From assembly GCA_016618085.1 (NCBI GenBank), contig JABLTG010000011.1, forward strand, positions 1 through 64,000: a DNA stretch of 64,000 bases, given 5' to 3'. Of the stretch, positions 9,057-22,987 are shown one piece after another. Positions within the stretch are counted from its first letter, which is position 1. Each line of letters opens with the position of its first letter. A program made the translations under genes and the position numbers. This DNA comes from Neovahlkampfia damariscottae. Taxonomy: Eukaryota. The notes beneath the pieces are model-generated. The model saw only the letters and a list, made by a program, of their open reading frames with translations. It had not been told where the DNA came from and did no database searches.

Positions 9057-9508
9057 ATGTCGACAATTGAAAGTTTTTTGAAAGACTACAACGCAAACCC
9101 AGTTAAATCTGATAAATTAGGAAAAGGAGACCACATATGTTTCTTTGTCAACGGAACCACCAATGTTTGGCATCATGGAATATACATGGGAGAAAATTCA
9201 GTTTGTCATAACTATCCTGAAATCGGAATCGAACTTGTTCCACTTAGTGATTTCATGGGAGATATTTCATTGAAAAAACTTCATCGTATTGATTATGAAA
9301 TATGTCTTGAAGCAGACAAGAGACTATTAAATTGGCTAAATATTTGTTAAAAACGAATAAAGAAGAATACGATTAGATATTCCACAATTGTGATTATTTT
9401 GCCGTTTATTGCAAAACTGGAGTCAAACAACCAAGCAATCAAACTGTGAAAGTGCTTGCTAAAGCGATAGAAATGGGTATTGGAGCAATAACCAAAAAAA
9501 AATTTTAA
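9057..9508 (+). pseudogene. LRAT/NlpC-P60 permuted-family (NC domain) pseudogene
   Basis: GDHI...HHGIY.G...VCH, then a frameshift near 9320 and in-frame TAG in EEYD*IFHNCDYFAVYCKTG. Confidence 0.8.
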
Positions 9509-10217
9509 TAAAATATCTTAACCATAATGTGTATGTTCACAAGATAATCAGTTTGATGTCAATTTTAAAAGAAATTTAATCATCTCGCAGTGAATTCGCC
9601 AAATTCTTATTGGCACCAATTTTGATAGGAAAGTATTTTTTTGGTGAGTTTTATGTTTTTAAAATACTGGAAGGATCCCTGAGAGAAAAGAGAGAGTTAT
9701 CCGGTTAATATCTCATCAAAAAATCAATCATAGAGGCTTTAAAATTTTCTCATTTTTTTTTTTGTTTTTTATACCGATTTGAGAGCTCTAAGTGATGAAA
9801 AATAATTTTGTAATTGGTGTATCTCAGCGAAAAAGTAATTTTGAGGAAGGGGGAAAAGTAAGGTTTTTTTGGGAAACGGTAAATTTATGTCGCTGGAAGG
9901 TTTGCCGGTGTAAATTATGGGCTAGAGCTTGGGGCCTTCCCACCTACTTACTTAAAAACAATTCACCTCAAAAATAAAAAGGCAACTCCAGATGTTCAAA
10001 AGCCACCAGACAAAGATCAAAGATGATTGGAATCCACTCCTGAGAATAAAAGAAAAAAATCTCTTCCGAAAATTCTCAACGATTATTAGAATTATATTTA
10101 TTTTATGAACAAAGTTTTGATGATTTGTTTCAAGATTTAGATGTAAGGAAAATAATGAAAGATGAAAGTAAAAAAATTTTTTTTTAATTTTCAAACAAAT
10201 GTTATCTTTACTAAAAA

Positions 10218-10469
10218 ATGAACAAGGAGCAAACAATGAGCAAAGGAAAAGAAAAAATTATTCATGAATCTTCAAGAAACATTAAAATTATATCCAAAAG
10301 TGATGAAAAATATCTATTTCCAGTCAGTCTCACAACTACAATACAAAATATTTTAAATATTATCAACACAGAAGAAAACTCAAAGTACACAAAAATTTAT
10401 AATTCTGAAGATTTTCTTGTGTTTACTGCAAGTCAATTGAATGAAAAAGACCAATATTTTTTGAAATAA
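10218..10469 (+). CDS. Small hypothetical protein (possibly ubiquitin-like fold)
   Basis: 83-aa ORF with ATG, followed by AATAAA-like signal. Confidence 0.35.
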   Translation: MNKEQTMSKGKEKIIHESSRNIKIISKSDEKYLFPVSLTTTIQNILNIINTEENSKYTKIYNSEDFLVFTASQLNEKDQYFLK

Positions 10470-10673
10470 AGAGTTTGAATTAAAGTTTTAAAGTTTTCTC
10501 AATTTTTTTGTCTTACTGAAAACTTGTGGTTTTTTATTTGTCAATTATTTGTCAATTTTTTTTGTCAACCGAGTTTTTGTCACACGGAAAAAGACCTATT
10601 TGTCTCTAACTTTCAGTTAAAAAAAGTTGACCCAAGATTATTCCTATTGGACAAAATTAGTTAAATTTGAACA

Positions 10674-11278
10674 ATGACATCAGAATCTAAAGGAGCGGAA
10701 GTGGTTAGTGAAGTGCTCATTCGTAAAAAAATAAAACTTCTAACATTATTTTTTTCATCACAGCTGGAGTTACACAAGAAGAATATTTTAATTTATTGTT
10801 GGATCATGAATTTTTACAACATGAAGCAGGTTATGTTGGATTAAAAGTTATGGAATTATTAGAAAAAGAAGAAAAAGGAGATTTCATTTATACAAAAATC
10901 AGAGAAATTCCAGACGCTGAAGTTCCATACGCAGCTCAATGGTATTTAGGTTCAGATCATCTTGAATATATTGTGAGAGAAAAGATTGATGTCAAAGATT
11001 GTTCTTTAACTTTAGTTGTTGAACCTCCATTTTTTAAAGACAGTGTTGAAGTTACAGGTGAAATTAGAATTGTAAAAGTGAACGACACTGATTGTAAACA
11101 AATTCTTAAAACCTGGTTAAAATTGAAGTAAGTTTTCTTCTAGTTTTTAAAGGTTTATTTTAGCTTTTTTGGTGGTTCTTTAGTTGAAGGTTTGTTGGTC
11201 AAACAATTAGGTGGTTCTTTGGAAAGAGTGCCTGAAGCTATTGCTGACTGGAGAAAAAAACAAGCAGAAAAAAAATAA
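10674..11278 (+). CDS. START/SRPBCC-like (DUF2505-like) protein, 2 introns
   Basis: ATG 10674, short GT-AG introns near 10723-10762 and 11128-11152; helix-grip-like pattern ending in a long helix. Confidence 0.5.
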
Positions 11279-11651
11279 ACATGTTGTTTTTGAATTAATA
11301 CAAACTTGACTTTCAAAAAATAGCAATCCAACACAAAATAACCTTTGATCAAAGCAAATTCTTTTTCTGATTTCTCACAATGGTGTGGATTCATTCTCTG
11401 GATAATTGAGATTTTAAAAGTCGGAATGTAGAAATTCCAACTTATTAGAAAAAAATGCAAACATTTAAAAGTGGAATTCTTCTTTCGAATCTAACAAGAA
11501 ATTATTTCATGGAACCTTTTTCTCCGCTGACAACATCGTCACACTAATATTGTGTGCTTGTTTTCAAACTCCATTACTTCATAGACTGTTTCAAAACAAT
11601 CTTGTTCATAACATTTTGCTTCGAATTTGAGAATGAAAAAATAAACTCAAT

Positions 11652-13473
11652 TTATTTTTTTTTGTATTGATTTTGTTTTGGTTGGTTCATAAAAAAATTA
11701 TCTGGTGGAGGTCCTTGAAAAAATTGTGGAGGTGGTCCCTGAAAAAACTGTGGAGGTGGTCCTCCCATGAATTGATTTGGGATAAAATTTGGTGGATTCA
11801 TTCCAAACATTGGTGGAGGGAATATTGGATTCATTTGAACATTTTCATCAATCATAAATGATTGTTTATATGATTCAATATTTGTTTTTGGAATTGACCA
11901 AGTTGTTGATTTATCTTTCAAAAACTCTTTTTTTGTTTTAAAATTACCAATCAAAATTTCATTGATTGATTGGTTGGAACCTTTTAAACTTTCAAATTTC
12001 TTTTGTTCATCCTTTTTTGATATTTTAGTATTTAAATCATGTTTTACTTTGATTGATTTATTTACTGTAGTCGGTTCAGTTGTTTTTTGAGCCAACGGTT
12101 GAACAGTTGTTGGCATTTGAAATGATTTTGGTTGAAATGCAGGTGTTGATGGATTAAAAACAAATGCTTTTGCATTTACATTTAAACTTGGTTTCTTATC
12201 TTTTTTTTCCGCTTCCGTTTTTGGAGATTCAATTTTGAACTCTTTTGAAAATTTCTTAATATCATTAATTACATCATCTTTAGGTTTTCTAGAACCTTCT
12301 TTTCTATTGATTTGTTCTTTTTGAGCGAATTTTCTATATTCATTATAAATCTCCGGAGTTATAGTTGGAGAACTTGCTGGATCTAAAGATAGAACTGGAG
12401 TCATTTTGGTTTTTAATTTTGGTGATATCAAAACAGACATTGAACGATTTCTTTCATTTTTGATTTTTCTAATTTCATCATCATCAAATGAGATTGCATC
12501 ATCTTCTACTGAATATGAATTACTTCTTGTTCTTTCTTTTGGGTTCGGTGTTGAAGTTAATTCAGTTTTATCTTCTGATTTATTTCTTCTTGAAGGAGGT
12601 ACATAAGATCCCTCTTTTGTGGCTCTAATTACTGAGCTGTATCTTTAAAAACGAAAATTTAAAAAAAAAAATTCATACAAATCTTCTTCTGTCATATTAA
12701 CATCTTTACCTCTATCAAGTGCTACTTGAACATTTCCAATCATACTGGTTGACTAGAAAAATTAAAGACTAAAAATAGATTTACGTTTTCTATTTCCTTT
12801 GCCATTTTAGAAGCATATTTTTCATTTTCTTTATAAAACATTGAAGATTTATCTAATTCAGTTGTGTAATAATTTTCATTATATGAACTTTTTACGCCAT
12901 ATTTTCTTTCATTTACTTCAAATTGATTCCAATTTTTATTTCCTTTCATTGATTCCAAACCACCTGTTGAAGAACTATCTGATTCAAGTGGCATATCATC
13001 ACCAGTTTCAGGTGTCCAAGGAACTAATTCTTTTTCTTTAATTTCTTTATTTTTTGTAATAACTCCATCAATAACAAATGCTTTAAAAAAAATAAAAAAA
13101 TTTTTCTTTTTTTTACAATCATCTTTTTGATATTGTTCTTTTTCATTAGCAAAAGTAATATCTTTTGCTGTTACATCAATTATATCTTTTGATTGAAAAA
13201 TAAACGTATCAAATACTTTAGAACTTTTTTGAGAGCTTTTTAACCTAACAAGTTTTAAAACAATTGAGAATTCTTTTTCAACATTTGCTGAGTGAAATAT
13301 TCCTTCATATGTTTCACCTGACTTTGTCAATACTTCTACTACTTGTCCTTTAAAATTCAACAACAAAAAAATAATTCTGTCTTTTTGAACCCTGTTTTTG
13401 GTCAAAAATGTTTTTTTATGAATTACTTTTTGGTGTCTTTTTTTTTGGTGAGGCTTTGTTTTTGTTGACTCAT
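11652..13473 (-). CDS. ATXN2: Ataxin-2/Pbp1 homolog
   Basis: LSm domain (YEGIFHS), LsmAD (WNQFEVNERKYGVKSSYNENYYTTELD), PAM2 motif LNVNAKAFVF; several short introns. Confidence 0.92.
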
Positions 13474-13585
13474 TTTTCTTTTTTTTTCAGTCAGGAAAAT
13501 GTTCTGATTGGCTAATCCTTCAACCACAACAACTTTTTACTTGTCGTTGAAGTTGCTGTTTTTTTTGAAAAGTAAAAACAATAAA

Positions 13586-14696
13586 ATGAGTACAGTATCA
13601 CAAGATGAATTGAATAAATTGGAAGAAGAATATCAAAAAAATCATTCCACCTCAAAAGAAGAGCATGAATCAAAAAATTACAAAGATGAAGAATATAGGT
13701 CTTATAAGGACGATAGGTATTCAAAAAGAGATTATGATGACAGAAGATATCGAGGTGATGATAGAGAAAAACATTATAGAAGGTATAGAGACGAGGATGA
13801 CGACTCCAGAAAGTCAAGAAGATGTCGAGATGAAGATGATTATCGTAGCAGTAGAAGACATCGAAGTTCAAGAGATGATTATGATGATAGAAGGTATAAA
13901 GATCATAGAGAAAACAGAAGAGAAGAAGATTATGATGAAAGAAGGTCGTCAAGAAATTACAGAGACGAAAGAAGAGAAGAACTTTATGAAATATTTGGTA
14001 ACTTCATTTTCTATTCATTTATTTTTTTTTCTTGTAGTTGGTGGAATTCCTTTTGAAGCTAAAGAATCAGAAATTTATGATTTATTTTCTGAATTTGGAA
14101 AAATTAATAAATGCCATTTAGTGAGAAATAGAGAAACAGGAGAACACAAAGGATTTGGATTTATTAAGTTTTATGAAAAAAAAAACATGGAAGAAGCAAT
14201 AGAAAAAATGAATGGTTCACAATTTTTAGGAAAATTTTTAAAAGTGAATGAAGCAGCAAAGAAAGATGAAAAATACAACAAAATTGTAAAAAAATATTCA
14301 AAAACTAATTTTTTAAAGAAAATCAATAGAGAAGAGGATATAAAAATATCACATTCAAATCGTTATATTTTGATGCAAAAACTGGCAAGAACAACAGAAG
14401 AAAATCCATCAAAATGTATTGTTTTAAAAAATATGGTTGAGCCTGAGGCTATAGATAATGAATTACAAGAAGAAATTAAAGACGAATGTTCAAAATTTGG
14501 AAAGGTTGAACAATTGATTATCTATCAACAAGAGGTTAATTCTGAGATTGATGTTAAAGTATTTGTTCTTTTTAATACTGTTGAAGGTGCCACAAAAGCT
14601 CAAAGTAAATTGCATAATCGATTTTTTGATGCAAAAAGAGTACATTGTGAATTCTATGATGAAAAAGCGTTTTTGGAAAGAAATTTTGAAGAATAA
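13586..14696 (+). CDS. RD-rich RRM + UHM splicing factor (PUF60/RBM39-like)
   Basis: RRM with KGFGF; LMQKLAR and C-terminal UHM (VLKNMV...EC.KFG.V...RFFD); intron ~13998-14037. Confidence 0.8.
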
Positions 14697-14837
14697 ATTT
14701 TGATTTACAAACTATTGAATGAACCTTTATTGTTAGGTTGTATCATTTTTAGGAGGATACTAATCAATATTTCAAGACCTATTCTATCATCAACATTCTT
14801 ACATTTATCTTTCAAGCGTTGATTAAAAATATGATAC

Positions 14838-15899
14838 TTAATATTCTTCGTAGTCATCTTCATCAGTTGATATTAATAAAATTGGAATTTTCAAGAATGT
14901 ATTCAAAAATACAATGGAATATAATATGATTGGAATTAACAATAATGCAGAAATTAAAAATAAAATACTAATGTATATATTACTAAAACCAAATGTGAGT
15001 ATCTTATAAATATAAGTTTCAGTATCAGGTTCACCAATGACTGTTGGAAATAAACAAAATTTATCTCCGCATATTAAATAAACTATCGGGCTTGAAAAAC
15101 CATAAATTGAATAGATCATCATTAAAGTAGGAACAAAAAAGATGAATATTGATATTGGTAATTTGATAATTGAATACAGAATACCCAATCTGTAGATGTT
15201 AAAATTTCAATTTTTATAAATCTTACCCAAATTGATGATTGAAGAAGAAATAAAAAATGGTTAGAAATAAGTTTTTTTTTCTTTCTCCTCTTTGTATTAG
15301 TCTTGTTTGTATTTCATGATTTGAATTTGCTTTCAAATAAGTTGTTTCTTTTTTTTCGACTATAATAATAGATTCATCTTCATCGTCTTCAAAATCATCA
15401 TTATTTTCATAGTCATAATAAATATATCCTAAATGTTAATTTTTTGTTTGTTTTTACTTAGTTTTATTTTCAAGAAAAATTTGGATAAAGAAATGTCAAA
15501 AGAAATCATTAATTTAACCAATAAGGAAGCAATCATAAATGTAAATAATCCAGTAAATGAAACAAATGTTGAAACTCCAAACAATAATGATGACTAATTT
15601 TTGTTAAATTAAGACTAACTTCAGCTTACCCAAATCAAAATAAAAAAAAGAATTCCAGAAAACAAATTCATAATTGAGAAGAAATAATATAAAATTGGAT
15701 TAATTGAGAATATAATTTTTGCCAATTCCAACATTTTTGATGTGAAATTTTTTTTTTGTTCTTCGTTTTCAACTTGTGCTTTGTATTCACGTAAAAAATT
15801 ACTTCCTCTTTCTCCAGTGAAAGATCTTGATGTATAAAGTGTTAACTCATCATCCTCAGTGAATTGGTCATAATCTGTTGAATCTTCTTCTTCATTCAT
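14838..15899 (-). CDS. Multi-pass membrane protein of unknown function (multi-exon)
   Basis: Hydrophobic ORF segments linked by short introns. Confidence 0.55.
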
Positions 15900-15989
15900 G
15901 ATTTTCTTCTGATTGGTTGAAAAAAATCAACCAACAGTTTTGTGCAGTTCTAATTCGCCAACAGAGACGAAAAAAAAAACTTCAAACAA

Positions 15990-18112
15990 ATGAGCAACGT
16001 TAGGCATTCAAAGCCCTATGTGAGAGGAAATACTGCACCTGTAACATCAACAAAGAAATTAAATATCGAAAGACCAAAAAATTATTTCAAACATTACTCA
16101 GAACCAAATAATAGAAGTAATACAACTCCAACTTCAAGTGATTCTTTGAAATTATCCTTTGAAAATAATCTTCAAGCAATGAAACCAAAACAAATGGATG
16201 CGCCACCAAAATCTGTCAACGAAATTGAACTGGAAATGACCGTAGGAAAAAGAATATAAATTTATATTATTTAATAGATTAGTACTTTACAAGGTAAAAT
16301 ATTTAATTATGAAAGAAAATACGAAGAAGTAAAAAAAAAAAAAAAATTAATTTTCGTCATTAGAAAGACAAGAAAATAATAGAATTACTCGGAACTATAA
16401 CAAAATTAAAGACCGACCTAACAAGTAAAGAAAATGAAAATGAAAAAATTTCCAAACTTCAAAGTTTAATCAACGACAAAGATGCAGATTCAAATGAACA
16501 AAGAAGAAGAATAAAAGAATTAAAAAATAAAATAGAAAAACTGGAGAAAATGAAAATAAAAGAACAAGAAATAAAAAAAGAAGAAATGATTGAAGAAGAA
16601 GAAGATGATGAAGAAGATGATGATTCGTTAATTTATTTATATGAAGAAGAAATGACGAAAAAAAGAAAATTTGAAGAATCACAAAAACAACAAGAATCAC
16701 AAAAGCCTGAAACATCCGAATCTTTAATATTTGATGCTGCTCCAAATCATCAATCAACCAATAATACATCACCAAAAAAAAAAGAAAAAAAATTTAATTT
16801 AAAAATGAAAACTATTTCATTTAAGGTTTATAAAGAGAAATTGAATGATATTTTTTTAATGATTTCATCAAATGATAAAATATTATCGGAAGAATTTCAT
16901 AATATTTTGATGAATCAAGTAATGACTGAAAACAAATCACCTATTTTATTATTTCCAATATTAATGAAATTTATTGATTTTTCAAAGAAAAATGAAGATT
17001 TTAAAATGTTAGAAGCATCTCTTAATATTTTGTTATCATTATTTATTGAATCAAATGAATTTAGAAAATTGAATTTTAAAATACCTGAAAGTTTAAGAGA
17101 AGAAAAATCATTCATTGTTGAAAATGATATTAATGTAAGAAATATATTTTAAATTCAATTTTTTTTTGATTAGATTATTAATATTTCAAATCTTAATACT
17201 TTTGGTAAATTGGAGAATAATCGTATTTGTTCAAAATCAAATGTAAAAATAGAAATAAATAAACAAAATGATTTGAATATTTTAGATTCAAAATTTTTAA
17301 AAAAGAAATCAAAAGAAATGAAGAGAAATTTGAAATTTTTTGTTGAAGAAATTTTGATTTCAACTTTTAATTGGTTTTTAGAAAAAGTTATTTTTTTAAA
17401 AAGAAATGAAAATACAGTTGGTTTGATTGAATCAATTTCATTGAAATTGTTGAAAATAACAGAAATATTGACCAATGAAGTCTTAAAAAAAAATGAATTG
17501 TGTTCATCTGATTTATTGATTTTTTCGAAGTTTTTTGATGAAAATATCATAAAAACATTACTATTTACACCTTTAGTCTTTGATTTAAATGTTAGAATTC
17601 AAGCAATGACTCTATTTTCAAAAATATTTTCTTTAAATGAAGAAACGAACCAAGATGATTCAATTTATCTATTTTTTAGAATTTCAGAAATACTTACTTT
17701 AAAGAATCGATTACTATCACAAAATTCATTTCAAGATGTTTTTTGTTATTTCAATATCATCTTGGACTTTTATTCAAAAATATTATTGGATTTAAAAAAT
17801 GTTGAGTTTTTAAAAAGAAATGAAAAATTTGATGCATTGATTAAAAATATAGTTTCTTTTTTAGAGAATGAATTGAACTATTATGATTCTTCAGATGACG
17901 AAGAAAATGAAAAAAATGTAAAATTTGAATCAAGTGAAAAATCATATTGTTATTTTTTGATTCAAAAAACATTGAACATTTTATGTTTCTTTAGTAAATT
18001 GATTGATTTAAAAGAATGCACAAATAATGATTATGATTTGTTATCATTATATTCAACTTTAAAGTATCATCAAAAATATTTAAAAAATTTTGAATTTTTA
18101 TCAAAATATTAA
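15990..18112 (+). CDS. Coiled-coil plus helical-repeat protein of unknown function (multi-exon)
   Basis: Consecutive ORFs separated by short GT-AG introns. Confidence 0.55.
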
Positions 18113-18202
18113 GAATGTTCTTCATTGTAAAAAGAATACTTAAAGATGGAAGAGTTTTTAGTTTTGAATAAAATTTATTTAACTTTCATTGGTCATTTTA
18201 AA

Positions 18203-19030
18203 ATGTCTAAGTTTGGGAGACTAGTTAAAGTAAAAAAACAAACAAACTTAAATCCAGGATAATGTTGCATTCTTTGCATGTGATATTCAAAAAAACTTCA
18301 TGAAAATTATGCCACAAGCAGAAAGTGTAATTTTTGTGGGAAAACAATTGGTTTGTTTTTTTTAAAATTAACAAATTGAAGACAAAGGCAAGTAGAATAT
18401 TAAACACACCAATTTTCATCACTGAACAATATCCAAGTTTTTTTTTTTTTTTTTCTAATTTTCTAAATAAGAGTACTTTGGGAATACTGAACCTGAAATT
18501 ACTGATGAATTACAAAATCCAAAGATATATCATAAAATGAAATTTAGTATGCTCACTGAAGAATTAGAAAAGGATTTAATAACTTCAGGTCGAAAACAAA
18601 TTGTTTGAAAAAATTAATTTAAAAAAACAAAAGGTTCTCTTTGGAATTGAAGCTCACGTTTGTATTTTACAAACATCTTTAGAATTAATGGAAAAAGGTA
18701 TTTTATCACTATTAAAATCTTCAAAAAAGGATACGAAGTTCATTTGGCAGCAGGTTCTCAAAAAGGAAAAAATTAAATTTTTTAAATAACAGATGGAGTT
18801 GCAAGTCAAAGACAATTTGATAGAAGTGTAGCATTTGATGTAAAATAGAAACTCAAAATTAATTTTTCCAAAAGAGATTAAAACAAAGTGGTGCATTCAT
18901 TTCTACTTATGAAAGTATCTTATTTCAAATTGTAAGAGATGCTAAAAATGAAAATTTTAAAGAAATTTCAAAATTATGCAATTCTAAATTTACAGGAGAA
19001 AGACCAGATCCAGGACAATACATTATTTAA
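18203..19030 (+). CDS. Isochorismatase-domain protein (ISOC1/2-like), intron-rich
   Basis: FFACDIQ, TEQYP, KMKFSM, GIEAHVCILQT motifs across several tiny introns. Confidence 0.9.
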
Positions 19031-19052
19031 AAAAAATAAAATCGACGACTTT

Positions 19053-19460
19053 CTACCATTTTATTTCTGGATTTTTTTTGAATGTTATATATTCTTCTAA
19101 ATTGAAACATGAAAGTTCGGTTTCGTTTTCAATTCCTTGTTCTTCTAAAGTTTTTCCTTTGAGTAGAAGTTTAGTTTCATCATCTTCGAAATTAATAACC
19201 AAATGTTGCGATTTCATTGAATGAGCTTGGGTATATAACTTTAAAGTATCATAATTTTTTTTTCTATGAGTCAAATATCTAGAATTGTTTTAAGTTTTGT
19301 ATTCAAGTTTAAGTTACTTTGATTCTTTTTGTATTTCTTTCATGATATATTCCATGAATTCTTCTGTAGTTTTTGAAGTATCATAATCATGAACGACCAT
19401 ATTCATGACATTACGATATTCAAATGAACGAATAAGACGAACTGTGATTGTTGCTTTCAT
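19053..19460 (-). CDS. UPF0538/C2orf76-like ubiquitin-fold protein
   Basis: TITVRLIRSFEYRN...YDTLKLYTQAH...LVIN...GIENETELS...NPEIKW; one intron. Confidence 0.88.
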
Positions 19461-19628
19461 GTTTTATTTTTCGGTTGACGTTGAACGTTTTGATTTGACA
19501 AGAAATATCAAATTAAAAAGTCATCAAAATTCTTGAAAATAATCGAAATAATATTTTTGATTTCAAACTTTCCAATTCATTTTTTCACCAATCATATTGC
19601 TTAACACATCAAACAAATTTTGAGCGTC

Positions 19629-21099
19629 ATGAGTGAAGAAGGAATTTGTTCAAGATGCCAAAAAGAATCAGTGTATTTTAATGTCGAAACTTCTTCATAT
19701 ATATGTGAGTCATGTGGAACTGTACAATCAGAATCTAATTTAAAAGAACATTTAGAGTTTAATTCAAATGGACAACTTGAAGGTACCAATATTGTTTATG
19801 GAATGGAATCAGCTGGTGGATTAACATCTGTTGGACATAGATTTGATTCTTTAAACTGCATAAATTATTCTATTCAATCAGAACAAAGAGCAGTTATAGC
19901 AAAAAAGAAAGCATTATCCAGAGTAGAGCAATATTGTAGTGCTCTTAGTATACCCGCTAGATTCTCATCTGAAATCTTTGGATATGTTAGTCAAGTTTGT
20001 GATGGAAAATTCACCAAAGAAAAATGGACTGATAAAGTCATTGGATGTTGTATTTATATAGTTGCTAGAAAGAATAATTTACCTTTGACCTTCTTGGATT
20101 TATCAGTAAGTCATTCAAAAAAAAATTAATTTTTTTTTTTTCTTAAAGGAAACACTTGGAATTTCAATTTATAAACTCGGAAGAAGATATCGTGAAATAT
20201 CAAAAGAATTAAATGTAAATGTATCTGCTGTTGATCCTTATGAATTATTGGATATTTTTGGAAATAAAATTTCTTTAGGAGATACAGAAGAAAAAAAGAA
20301 TGAAATTATTTCAAACGCAGCTAGAATTATAAGAGTAGCAAAAATAGATTGGATTAATCAAGGAAGAAGACCTGGTTCAATTGCTGGTGCAGCTATAAAA
20401 TTGTCATGTGATTCACTCAATTATTCCATCACATTTTCAACCATTGCCGACGGAATTGGAAGTGGACAAATTTCAATTAGAGAAAGATATAAAGAAATAC
20501 AACAAATATTTATCAAACTTTCTTCTAGTTTACCTTGGAATTCAATGATCAACTTAAAAAACTTATCAAAATATTTACCTTTCTTATTGAATTTTATTGA
20601 AACTTTACAAAAATTATGTAGAACATGTTTACCACCTTCAACATCTTCATCAGATCAAGATGAAGAATCAATATTTTTGAATAACAATGATGAACCACCA
20701 AGTTTTATAAAGTTAAAAAAAGAAAAAGAAAGAAGAAAAGAAAAAGTTAAAAATGCAAAAAATAGAATTGAAAATTCATTCAAAAAAAATCAAGAAATGC
20801 CAAGTGAAGAATTAGATTTTGAAGATTTGGAAATTGAAAAATTATTATTGGCAGGTGCAAAAGAATCTGATTTAGAAGAAGGCTACTTTCATGTGAAGGT
20901 GAAACCAAATCAAAATGAAAATGTGAATGAAGAAGAATTAAATGAAAAAGATTTATCTGAAAAAGAATTAGCTAATTTTATTAAAACACCTGCTGAAATT
21001 GAAATGATTGAAAAATTAAGAAAAATTGAAGATATTTCTCCAATCGGAATAAAGGAAGAAGAAAATCCGAAAAAAAAAAGAAAATTGGAATGTGAATAA
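19629..21099 (+). CDS. TFIIB-related factor (BRF1/BRF2-type, TFIIIB)
   Basis: Zn ribbon CxxC...CESCG, cyclin folds (CIYIVARK, GRRPGSIAGAAI); intron ~20107-20148. Confidence 0.85.
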
Positions 21100-21119
21100 T
21101 AAATGTTAAATTCTTTATT

Positions 21120-22987
21120 CTAAAAAAATGGATCATTTCCAAATCCATCATTATTATTTTGTGCAAAAGGATCATTGTCCATAAATGGATCATTATCAAA
21201 TCCTTGTTGTTGAGGTTGTTGATTGAAAGATTGATTATTTCCAAAAGAACCTTGTTGTTGGGTTTGTTGTTGTTGTTGTTGACTAAAAGATCCTTGTTGA
21301 TTTCCAAATGATCCTTGTTGTTGTGTTTGTTGTTGATTGAAAGATTGATTATTTCCAAAAGAACCTTGTTGATTTCCAAATGAACCCTGATTGTTTTGTT
21401 TTGGTGTATCTTTTGTAATATCTGTCAAAAAGTCAAAAGCATGAGTTTCTTCTTTTTTTTGTGGTGGAGGTTCATTAAAATTAAATGGTTGAGGAATTGT
21501 ATTTGTAGTTTGCATAACTCTTTGAGGTTGATTAAAAGGTTGATTAAATGGATTTGTATTATTATACTGAGGTTGATTATATTGTAGTTGTGGAGTATAA
21601 ACTGGTTTTGGTGTTGGAGTAAATTGTTGTGGAGTTGGTGAAAATGTAGGTTGTTGAGGTTGTGACATTCCAGAAGAACCAAATAAATCATCTAAATTTA
21701 TCTTTTTCTTATTACTTTCAATTTTTTGTTCTTGTGGTTTTGGTTCATTCTCACTAAATGGATCTGAACTGAATGGGTCATTATTGGTTCCAAATGGATC
21801 TGATTCAAAATCATTTGATGTTTCAAAATCATTTCCTGGATTTGATTTTGTATTTGCTGAATTTTCAGGACTTGATTGTTCTTCTTCTTTATTGGATTCA
21901 AAAATATCATCAAAATTTACTTCACCATTTTCTTTATCAAAACCTAAAAGTGATGATAAAGGTGCTGATTCATGCTTATTATGATTTTCTTCTTTGTCTT
22001 CTTCTTCAAATGATTCTGGATTCGATACATACGATTTCATTTGTTTTAAAAATGTATCTAGAAGAAATCAATTATTTTTCTTAATTCCTTACCTGGAGGT
22101 GGTTTTAAAGATGGTAATTTTGATCCTATTATTCCAGATAACTTTTTAGCTTCTTCATAAAATTCAATTAAACTATCTGTTTGTTTTAAATGTTTTTGAT
22201 AAATTTCTAAACCCTTGTTCGCTTGTTCAGAACCTAATTTAAAAAATGCATCTTTTTTTTAACTTTTTTTTTAACATACCAATAAGTTTAAGGACACCAT
22301 CTGATAGTAATTTATAACATAACATTGAATCTTTTAAAACCATTGAAACAGCATTCATTGTGCTTGAATTTGAAACTAAATCTTGTTTTAAAGTACAATT
22401 TAAAATTTCATCTAATAAAAGTTGAAGACTTTCAATCACTTCAAAAATATCCTTCATTTCGGTTGGATAAATATATTTTGGTGATAATGTTCTAATACCA
22501 GTATTTTTAAAAAGGAATAATCTTTGCTCTAAATAACCGGAATAATTACGAATAAAAGGTACTTGAATGAATACTTTTGGTGATGGATTTGGATCTTTAA
22601 AGTCTTTAATGTTCAAAACTTTGACTGGATTTTTTTGAACACAAGTTCTTGCAAAATTTTCATTTCCATCTTGAATTAATCTGTGAAATACTTGTAAACA
22701 TTTTAAAGCGACAATCCAGTCTTGTGTTCGATGAATTTTCCAAATTAAAAGATCAACAATTTCAGCTGGTTTTGCATTTGGAACTTGTAATAAATAAAGT
22801 AATTCTTTGATTTAATTTTTTTTTTATTTTTACTTTGAACATGTTTTTCTTTTGGTGGACGTACATCATGATTTACTGCTTTGATTACAGCTGTTTTTGT
22901 ATCATCTAACGTAGCTAATGCTGCTTTTGCTTTATCATTAACAAATTTCCATTGTTTTGATGACTTAAGATTTTGTATTTGATTCAT
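21120..22987 (-). CDS. ANTH-domain clathrin assembly protein (AP180/CALM-like)
   Basis: AVIKAVNHD..PPKEKHV, WIVALK, FIRNYSGYLEQRL; tail with DPF/NPF and LDDLFG motifs. Confidence 0.9.
21205..21395 (-). repeat. Coding tandem repeat (QQGSFGNQ/NNQSFNQQ units)
   Basis: Repeated CAAGGWTCWTTTGGAAAT units in the ANTH protein tail. Confidence 0.75.
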
